From IMG/VR virus record IMGVR_UViG_3300037247_000924: a DNA stretch of 64,000 bases. One strand, 5' to 3'. Below, in pieces: positions 57,360 through 64,000 of the stretch. The first letter of the stretch is position 1. Each line of letters starts with the position of its first letter. The stretch is from a virus. A program made the translations under genes and the position numbers. The notes beneath the pieces were generated by a model. That model saw only the letters and a list, made by a program, of their open reading frames with translations. It ran no database searches and was not told the DNA's origin.

Positions 57360-57659
57360 CTAACTAAATTCAAAATATTCATTTTCCTTGATGATTGTAG
57401 TGGTAAACGGAAACTTTTCCTTAGGAACCTTTTGAATTGTTTCCATTAGAACCGTTGCACCTGTAAAAACTACATGATTCATATCCCCTATAGATATCTG
57501 AAGATAAAGACATTTACCATTACCATCAGTATATTTTGAATCTTTAATTCGATAGTCATTAACCACTACCTCCCTATTCAATATTCGATCAATCTTTATC
57601 TTATCGCCAATCAAACCCTTTATAGAAGGCTTTATACCTAAGTCACTAAACTTGTCCAT
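57360..57659 (-). CDS. DGR accessory protein (non-Avd, Bacteroidota type)
   Basis: 99 aa overlapping the RT stop; F..LGIKP...GDKIKI..ILN.E..V.D...FTG...L family that I recall downstream of Bacteroidota DGR RTs. Confidence 0.6.
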   Translation of the reverse strand: MDKFSDLGIKPSIKGLIGDKIKIDRILNREVVVNDYRIKDSKYTDGNGKCLYLQISIGDMNHVVFTGATVLMETIQKVPKEKFPFTTTIIKENEYFEFS

Positions 57660-58605
57660 GTAACAATTTCTTTAATAAATGTTTGCTATCACAGTGTACG
57701 GCCCATCCAAAATAAGAAGCGATAGACGCCCTATTTCTTCTCTTCGCCAACATTCTGGCAAAATTCTGTTTAATGCTTTTCCTTAGTCCAACATGGGTAT
57801 GGTAAAAACAATATCCTACAAAATCAATACCTCTCGATGCAACCGGGAATACTTGATAATTCCCTTTCACTGTTAATTTTAGTTCGACATCCAAATATTC
57901 CCTTATTTCGCTCAATAATCCATGTAAATAAGTCTTTGACCCTGATAATATTACAAGATCATCCGTGTATCGAAAATAATACCTCACTCCCTTAACTTCC
58001 TTCAACCAATGATCAAAATACGTTAGATAGAAATTAGCAAAATATTGACTCAAATAATTACCAATAGGTAGGCCATTTGTACTATCAATAATTTCATCAA
58101 GCAACCAGAGAAGATCTCTATCCTTAATCTTTCTTCGAAGCAAAACTTTCAATATCTCATGATCTACGCTTGGATAGAACTTTTTCACATCCAATTTTAG
58201 ACAATATTTTGTTTCAGGAATATCTTTCAAGGCGCTCTTAACACCATAAGCTGCTGCATGGATCCCTCGATCTTTTATGCAGCTGTAGGTATCGGCAGTA
58301 AATACAGATAAAAATATAGGCTCTAAAATATTCATTATTGCATGGTGTACTATTCTATCAGGAAAATAAGGCAAGCTATATACTTTTCGCTCTTTAGGTT
58401 CATGAATTATAAAAGTCTTATACTCCGAAGTTTTGTAAGTTTTAGTTTTAAGAATCTCATGCAATAATGTAATATTCGATTCCCTATTCTTGTTATGCAT
58501 CTGTACGCCATATTGAGAAGCCTTACCCTTCTGTGCCTTTTTATCAGCCAGTTGCAAGTTCTCAATATTGCATATTTTCTCGTACAGATTATTTAATCGT
58601 TTCAT
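57646..58605 (-). CDS. DGR reverse transcriptase
   Basis: PKER, DRIVHHA, LDVKKFYPSV, GLPIGNYLSQ (DGR-type SQ), RYTDD. Confidence 0.95.
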   Translation of the reverse strand: MKRLNNLYEKICNIENLQLADKKAQKGKASQYGVQMHNKNRESNITLLHEILKTKTYKTSEYKTFIIHEPKERKVYSLPYFPDRIVHHAIMNILEPIFLSVFTADTYSCIKDRGIHAAAYGVKSALKDIPETKYCLKLDVKKFYPSVDHEILKVLLRRKIKDRDLLWLLDEIIDSTNGLPIGNYLSQYFANFYLTYFDHWLKEVKGVRYYFRYTDDLVILSGSKTYLHGLLSEIREYLDVELKLTVKGNYQVFPVASRGIDFVGYCFYHTHVGLRKSIKQNFARMLAKRRNRASIASYFGWAVHCDSKHLLKKLLHGQV

Positions 58606-58709
58606 AAGCCTTTGCTTTGAAGGTCATTTTCTCAAAGTGATACCAATACCCTTTAAATTAAAAACGTGATTTTTTGCTATGTGAGCAAGGTCTGTGCTGC
58701 ATAATAATA

Positions 58710-58790
58710 TTTGCATAGATGGGAACTGACGTTCGTATTCGTGTTCGTGTAATCGTAGTTCGTGTTAGAAAACTCGAAGCCTGAAGGAAC
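58710..58790 (-). ncRNA. DGR template repeat (TR) with IMH*
   Basis: AAC-rich; differs from the three VRs only at TR adenines across the 64-70 nt core. Confidence 0.95.
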
Positions 58791-58820
58791 TACAGCACTC
58801 ACAACACACAACCTGGTTAA

Positions 58821-59201
58821 TTATTTCAACATTAAATAATACTCTTTATAAAGCTTCTTAAATTGCTTTCCCGCATATTTCGCAATTTCGCTAGACTTAT
58901 AGCAAAAGCGGGAACCGACGCTCGCATACGTGTCCGCGCAATCGTAGCCCGTGTCAGAAAACCCGAAGCCCGAAGGAACCTTATCGCTAGCCTTTATGTC
59001 GAACCAAGGATAGTATTTATACTCATTCCAATCGTTCCAGTTTGGCTCCCAGCCATCATTTAACGACTCAGCTATAATTACCAGTTGATAATGAGCCAAT
59101 AACGCCTTTTGATGCTTTTCTGGCATAGCTGAAAAATCAGGCAATGCAGCATCAATACCAAGTGCTTTACACGCACCTTTAAATGTTTTGATCTTATTCA
59201 T
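58821..59201 (-). CDS. DGR target protein 1
   Basis: C-terminal VR; paralog of targets 2 and 3. Confidence 0.9.
   Translation of the reverse strand: MNKIKTFKGACKALGIDAALPDFSAMPEKHQKALLAHYQLVIIAESLNDGWEPNWNDWNEYKYYPWFDIKASDKVPSGFGFSDTGYDCADTYASVGSRFCYKSSEIAKYAGKQFKKLYKEYYLMLK
58910..58979 (-). repeat. Variable repeat VR1
   Basis: 70 nt aligned to TR 58721..58790; 12 mismatches, all at TR adenines. Confidence 0.95.
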
Positions 59202-59206
59202 GTTAT

Positions 59207-59674
59207 TTATTTTGTAATAGTTAGGTAATCCTTGTAAATATCTTCGAACTGCTTACCGGCATACTCGGCCAACTCCCGTGTTTTGAAGCAAAGGCGGGAA
59301 CCGACGCTCGTAATCGTGTACGTGCAAACGTAGTCCGAGTGAGAAAACCCGAAGCCCGACTTAAATTTAAACCAAGAATAATACTTGTACTCACTACTGT
59401 TTTTCCAATCAGGTTGCCATCCTTCGTTAAGCACTTCTATTATGGTCTTCAGTTTTTTGTAAGCAGCCTCATCCTCTGTATCATAATCGGACAATATACT
59501 GCTTACCGAAATTCCCTTTATTGAACAGGCATCTTCAAAGGTTTTTACTCTCTCTGTTATATCCTCGATAAGCTCCTGCTTACCAAATAGATTTTCAAGT
59601 AATTTTCTTCCCTTAGTATTAGCGCTTTTATAAGCCTTAATAGCATTCTCTTTTGTAATTTCTAGTGTCTTCAT
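59207..59674 (-). CDS. DGR target protein 2
   Basis: C-terminal VR. Confidence 0.9.
   Translation of the reverse strand: MKTLEITKENAIKAYKSANTKGRKLLENLFGKQELIEDITERVKTFEDACSIKGISVSSILSDYDTEDEAAYKKLKTIIEVLNEGWQPDWKNSSEYKYYSWFKFKSGFGFSHSDYVCTYTITSVGSRLCFKTRELAEYAGKQFEDIYKDYLTITK
59296..59359 (-). repeat. Variable repeat VR2
   Basis: 64 nt; 11 mismatches to TR, all at TR adenines. Confidence 0.95.
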
Positions 59675-59684
59675 AACTATTGAA

Positions 59685-60155
59685 TTATTTGATTAAATAT
59701 TCCTTGTAAATCTCCTCAAATTGTTTACCAGCGTACTCTGCTAGTTCTTCGCTTTTAAAACAAAGGCGGGAACCGACGATCGTACTCGCGCGCGTGTAAC
59801 CGTAGCCCGTGAAAGAAAACCCGAAGCCTGATTTCACCTGAAACCATGGATACCATTTTCTCTCATTACTATTCTCCCAATCGGGCTCCCAACCACCATT
59901 CAGTGCTCTAATAATTATAATTAGCTTCTGATACGCCTCGACAGATTTCCTATCTTCTGAAGTTAATCCGCTTTCGTAATCACTCTTTTTCAGATCAAGC
60001 AACGAACAGGCATCCTTAACTGTTTTTACGGATTCCATTACATTTTTAACAAAAGCTTGCTTCCCAAATAGATTTTCGAGAAGAACTTTTTCAGGCTTGC
60101 TTCCTTTATTATACGCTGCCAAGGCGTTTTCTTTGCTAATTTCTAGTGTTTCCAT
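59685..60155 (-). CDS. DGR target protein 3
   Basis: C-terminal VR. Confidence 0.9.
   Translation of the reverse strand: METLEISKENALAAYNKGSKPEKVLLENLFGKQAFVKNVMESVKTVKDACSLLDLKKSDYESGLTSEDRKSVEAYQKLIIIIRALNGGWEPDWENSNERKWYPWFQVKSGFGFSFTGYGYTRASTIVGSRLCFKSEELAEYAGKQFEEIYKEYLIK
59768..59831 (-). repeat. Variable repeat VR3
   Basis: 64 nt; 12 mismatches to TR, all at TR adenines. Confidence 0.95.
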
Positions 60156-60194
60156 TATCTATAGTTTTAAAATACATGATTAATTCTATTGTTT

Positions 60195-60434
60195 TCATGC
60201 TGCTTTATTTTTAAATTTAGTATCGTCGTAAAAATCACTGATATCAATCTTCTTAATTGCTTTCATATCAGAGGTGAAATACACCTCTGGGTGCGTCTGA
60301 CAGTAATCTATTACTATTTCCCTCCAGACCTCCTGATTAGCTTCTGATACAAATTCAGCAATCATGTAGGTACCGAAGTCCAGGTTATTCAGATACTTGA
60401 TCACTTGCTCTACTGTTGGTGGTGGTTTATTCAT
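60195..60434 (-). CDS. Hypothetical protein
   Basis: 79-aa ORF between the sulfotransferase-like gene and the DGR targets. Confidence 0.5.
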   Translation of the reverse strand: MNKPPPTVEQVIKYLNNLDFGTYMIAEFVSEANQEVWREIVIDYCQTHPEVYFTSDMKAIKKIDISDFYDDTKFKNKAA

Positions 60435-60435
60435 T

Positions 60436-61086
60436 TTAAAAATATTTGTTTATAAACCAATTTGCCTCTCCATTGAAGTATCCCCGGTCCTTAAATGGAA
60501 TATCCTCAAAGGATTTATACTTATAGGTTCTGTGCTCATTAATTTTATTTTCCATGATATTATTAGTAATAGCAACATCATATATCCCAAAACTATGTAG
60601 TATACCTAGTAGATATTGTGGATCACCTACCATCTTATCGAAATCTATCACCTCTCCACCCGACTGAATGAACTCATCGAATATCATTAAAGACTTCCTA
60701 AGCTTTCCATAGTAGTGATCTTTTAGCTGGCCATTAAATAACTCATACCAACTCAGGAATGTATGCCTGGGATTCCTGAGTATTATAGCCTTACGCTTAA
60801 CGTTCAGGATATGCATACCACAGCGAAGTCTCGCATTAACCTCTCCGTAGTAGTCGCCACGACTATCTAAGTCCTCCTGAACCCTATTTAAGTCGTAGTG
60901 AACTGGGGTGTAGTGAGTTTTTGACTTAAGAGCATCCTTCCATGCCTTTTTAGATTCCTCGCTATCAGTAAGCCCTTCATGCCCTACAGTCCACCTGTTT
61001 GATCGATTCATTACTGATGACAGGAACTTTGTTCCGGATCCACCTAAAGCTGTTATAAGAAAGTTTTCGTTCATAATTTTAATCAA
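60436..61086 (-). CDS. Sulfotransferase-like P-loop protein
   Basis: FLITALGGSGTKFL (5'-PSB-like loop); IILRNPRHTFLSW (3'-PB-like). Confidence 0.55.
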   Translation of the reverse strand: MIKIMNENFLITALGGSGTKFLSSVMNRSNRWTVGHEGLTDSEESKKAWKDALKSKTHYTPVHYDLNRVQEDLDSRGDYYGEVNARLRCGMHILNVKRKAIILRNPRHTFLSWYELFNGQLKDHYYGKLRKSLMIFDEFIQSGGEVIDFDKMVGDPQYLLGILHSFGIYDVAITNNIMENKINEHRTYKYKSFEDIPFKDRGYFNGEANWFINKYF

Positions 61087-62894
61087 AAAGGCATATCTGT
61101 CTCTGTCTTTTGCCTGGGATTCATATTATCGAACACGATGTATCCAGCGTTATTAGTTAACATTTCAAATAATATCGGGTGATCCATGTGTGTGGGCCTG
61201 CCTCCGGTTTCAGTCTCTTTAACCTTTCGTATATGGACCTCCATAATCCTGTACTTCTCACTATCCTGTACTTTACGATGCAGGGTTATGAAGTCATCAG
61301 CTCTGTTAGAGAACTTGCCTCCGCCTTCTGTATCAGCTTTCTGTGGAGCTGCTGGATTACCATCATGATCCTTCTGGCGTAGTGCATAAGTCACAGCATG
61401 GCAACTTAGCCATATTCCACAGTACTTCTTGGAAAACTGCCTAAATTCGTTTGTAGCCTTGTAGTGGTAATCATGAGTGGACTGCCGATTAAACTCACCC
61501 ATATCAACGTCTAATGAGTTGTATGGGTCGATAAAAAAGCCCTGATACTCCGACTCTTCACATAACTTCTCTCCTATAACTAGTAGTTGCTTGTAGGTGT
61601 AAATCTCGTAATTATTCAGAATGGTGAAGTGTTTTTTTATGAACTTCTTAGCCTCTGCCAGCTCCTCGGGTTTCATCTCCTGTACCTTCTTTACTGCGAA
61701 GAACTCCAGAAGCTTTACATACACGAAGCCTACCCGGTTCTCTGCCGCGTATATGATCCACCGCCAGTTGTGTAGTTTTGCTGACATTATAGCAAGAAAC
61801 CAGATGAAAACCGATTTACCTACATTATCATGTCCGTTACAGATTATGAAGTTATTGAGTTTGAATACAAAATGTTTGTCCAGTTCCTCGAATCCAGTCT
61901 TTAATCCCATTTCAAGGTCTCCTGACCTGACCTTCTCCACGTAGCCTTCTAATTCCTCGTCTGAGGCTATAGGGTTTTCGGGGACCTCTACCTCCTTTGG
62001 AGTAGGAGCTGATGTCGGTGATACCGATGGCAGGGGTGAACGATTCATTCCTCCTTCTGATCCGAATCCCAATCCTTTTAGTTTCTTAGCTGTGAGTTTC
62101 AGGTCCCCATCACACTCCAGTATGGCGAATACATTGGCTGGCTTGTATGCTTTCAGTGATTCAAAGGCCGTGGAAGTGGAAAACACGGTGAACCAATTCT
62201 TACTACGAGTGTAGTCAGCACTCCACAAAGAATCTGTGTCTCCAGGTCGTTTTAAGAGCACCTTATCGCCGTTATCCTTCTTAATGACCCATCCATACCC
62301 CTGTAACAGTTTAAGCACGTCTCCGCGCTCGTTATAGGCCTCAAAACAGTTTTCTGAGTAATGCACCTTCTCCTCAACTTCGTTAAAGCTCATTGCTTGG
62401 CTGATTAAGTGGTTTCTCTCGTCAGCTGTTAGTGTAGGTATTTCGCTTAGGTCCCTATCAAGCTCATATCCAGGAGTGGGTGCTATGGCGATATATCCAC
62501 CTTCTCCTCTAGTCTCAATGATTGCCTCACCAGTTTCCTTGCTCTTGGCCAGCTTCTTATTGCCGGCTATATTGGGTGCTCGGTAAATCAGGTGGTATCC
62601 GCCGTTCTTGGTTTTTTGCGCTACTAACCTATCGCCTATTTCCATATCAATAGTCTCCATGTACCGCTCCATAATACTTCCGGACGGATCGTGTTTAACA
62701 TCAATATCAATTACCTCCAGGTTGCCGTTCACTTTGCCACACACTAGGCCGACACCTTTGGCGGCGTAGAAGTTGTTGCCAGGCTCAATAACCTCGCTCA
62801 TATTCTCCTTCCAGGAACCCAATGGTACCTTACTTGCCCCGATAGGAATGACGCTCAGGCCCATTTGATAATATTTTAGTGCTGCTTCTTTCAA
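61083..62894 (-). CDS. Bifunctional primase-polymerase (Prim-Pol) fused to a DnaB/RecA-type helicase
   Basis: GLSVIPI, VIDIDVKH, TKNGGYH, IETRGEGGY; GHDNVGKS (Walker A), FFIDPYN, RKVKETETGG. Confidence 0.85.
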   Translation of the reverse strand: MKEAALKYYQMGLSVIPIGASKVPLGSWKENMSEVIEPGNNFYAAKGVGLVCGKVNGNLEVIDIDVKHDPSGSIMERYMETIDMEIGDRLVAQKTKNGGYHLIYRAPNIAGNKKLAKSKETGEAIIETRGEGGYIAIAPTPGYELDRDLSEIPTLTADERNHLISQAMSFNEVEEKVHYSENCFEAYNERGDVLKLLQGYGWVIKKDNGDKVLLKRPGDTDSLWSADYTRSKNWFTVFSTSTAFESLKAYKPANVFAILECDGDLKLTAKKLKGLGFGSEGGMNRSPLPSVSPTSAPTPKEVEVPENPIASDEELEGYVEKVRSGDLEMGLKTGFEELDKHFVFKLNNFIICNGHDNVGKSVFIWFLAIMSAKLHNWRWIIYAAENRVGFVYVKLLEFFAVKKVQEMKPEELAEAKKFIKKHFTILNNYEIYTYKQLLVIGEKLCEESEYQGFFIDPYNSLDVDMGEFNRQSTHDYHYKATNEFRQFSKKYCGIWLSCHAVTYALRQKDHDGNPAAPQKADTEGGGKFSNRADDFITLHRKVQDSEKYRIMEVHIRKVKETETGGRPTHMDHPILFEMLTNNAGYIVFDNMNPRQKTETDMPF

Positions 62895-63586
62895 TCTTTT
62901 TTAACTACATATCGCTCCATAATCTCTGCCCTTGTAATAAAAGCCGGAGTCGCATATTCGAAATTCTTCTCCCTATGTTTTGGATCCTTGTATAATTTCC
63001 GCACTGCTTCGCGCATTTCGTTTCCGTTATAAACCTTTAGTCGCGCCTTGAATTGCGGTTTTGATTTATCGTCCCCGCGAAACTTCCGGCCACTTATTTC
63101 ATTAAACATTTCAATGAACGCTTTGTACTTATCCTCAAAAGACAATTGGTTTTTACTTTCCTTAGCTGTGCCGCCTGCCGACGAGTTTTGCGAGTCGACC
63201 ATACTACTATTATCTTTATCTTCTTCTTTATCTTCTATGCTTGAGGTAACCTTAAGCTTACCTTGAGCTGACCTTAAGCCACCCTTGCGTCCTCCCTCTA
63301 TCTGGGATTTGCGTTTTTTACTAAGGTCTTTAAGTTGTTCGTTCAAAAAGCTAATTTCGATAAAATTATTTTTGTCAACTTTCATTAAGCCTCTTTCAAC
63401 TAATAATTCGTATTCATGGGGCCTAAACCTTACGTCAAGCTTACCTTTAGGTAACCTACACCCAGCCTTCCAATATAGGGCGCAAATATTAATAAAGATG
63501 CCCTGTAACTCTAATGCCTCAACTACAATATCCCCACTCAACCATTCTGTGGCTACAAACTTGAAAAATGGAAGTTCTTTTGACAT
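62891..63586 (-). CDS. Phage replication initiator (O-like)
   Basis: N-terminal LPFFKF...EWLSG...QGIFINICALYW; C-terminal KARLK...YATPAFITR..IMERY. Confidence 0.7.
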   Translation of the reverse strand: MSKELPFFKFVATEWLSGDIVVEALELQGIFINICALYWKAGCRLPKGKLDVRFRPHEYELLVERGLMKVDKNNFIEISFLNEQLKDLSKKRKSQIEGGRKGGLRSAQGKLKVTSSIEDKEEDKDNSSMVDSQNSSAGGTAKESKNQLSFEDKYKAFIEMFNEISGRKFRGDDKSKPQFKARLKVYNGNEMREAVRKLYKDPKHREKNFEYATPAFITRAEIMERYVVKKD

Positions 63587-63620
63587 TTTACCTCGTTGTA
63601 AATCTCTTGCTCAAAAAAAA

Positions 63621-63800
63621 TCAGATCAGTATTCCGTGTTGTTTTAGTAATGTAATATCCTCGGGCTCCCAATTATCGTTTTTAATCCTAGAGTCTAAGG
63701 TGGGCCTGGTCATGTTCAGTCTGGGTGCCAGCCAGGATTTCATTATTCCTCTTCTTATGATCCCAACTTTTACCTTTTCGCTAGTAGTGAACTCTGCCAT
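63621..63800 (-). CDS. Cro-like HTH regulator (59 aa, absent from ORF track)
   Basis: MAEFTTSEKVKVGIIRRGIMKSWLAPRLNMTRPTLDSRIKNDNWEPEDITLLKQHGILI; directly upstream of the initiator gene. Confidence 0.65.
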   Translation of the reverse strand: MAEFTTSEKVKVGIIRRGIMKSWLAPRLNMTRPTLDSRIKNDNWEPEDITLLKQHGILI

Positions 63801-64000
63801 GGTTAATATTTGTAAAGCATTTTCCGCTAAAAAAACCGGTCAATTCCGGGATCTTGTTATTCAACGGTGTAAAACTATGTACAATAAAATGATATTCCTA
63901 GAAAAACTTTTCAGATTAAATCTAAAACCAGTACATACCAGATAGGGATTAATCTTCTAATTGCCTGAAATTAGAGTCTCCTCCTGCTTTACTCTTGTTT

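Noticed and set aside
57360-57659. Calling the accessory gene avd
   Set aside because: It lies downstream of RT and looks beta-rich, not the four-helix Avd bundle.
58721-59831. CRISPR array
   Set aside because: The four similar segments are a TR and three VRs within CDSs with A-specific differences; there are no regular repeat-spacer units and no cas genes.
1-64000. Stop-codon reassignment as in some crAss-like phages
   Set aside because: Long genes (portal, MCP, TerL, RT) are intact in code 11, TAG and TGA act as normal stops, and there is no suppressor tRNA.

Overview
The window is part of a large tailed-phage genome with a Bacteroidota host. The host call rests on repeated TAnnTTTG -7 promoters and A-rich translation starts; genes read cleanly in the standard code. 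Positions 1-22.5 kb (- strand) hold a crAss-like virion module: holin, fibre, lectin and collagen proteins, ring protein, major capsid protein, acidic scaffold-like protein, portal and an intein-split terminase. Positions 22.6-25.9 kb (-) hold 24 tRNA genes covering all 20 amino acids. Main finding: three tRNA blocks each sit behind a short leader-peptide ORF, a competing antiterminator G-run and an intrinsic terminator, and each leader's codons match the tRNAs downstream. MRRVQQNWFNCDFDFNQDTGG precedes Asp/Cys/Phe/Trp/Asn/Gln. (M)IQQLLHSRYSLPNASPGDTPM precedes Pro/Ser/Ser/Tyr/Leu/Leu/Arg/His. MTSIRRNTIARMAATVIKSQGGTGVCIT precedes Thr/Met/Ile/Gly/Ile2/Ala/Val/Lys/Arg. I infer ribosome-mediated attenuators that sense tRNA depletion and resupply those tRNAs on demand. 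Positions 26-32 kb (-) carry HNH nucleases, a structured ncRNA cluster with an Ala-type tRNA that has a 13-nt loop, HU-like and HTH genes. Positions 32-51 kb (+) carry small early-type ORFs, a methyltransferase and a CCA-adding/RlaP-like/Thg1 tRNA-repair operon. Positions 51-64 kb (-) carry RusA, a methyltransferase, a J-domain protein, a complete diversity-generating retroelement (one TR, three tandem non-virion targets), a primase-helicase, an O-like initiator and a Cro-like gene. All calls come from manual reading; no database searches were run.
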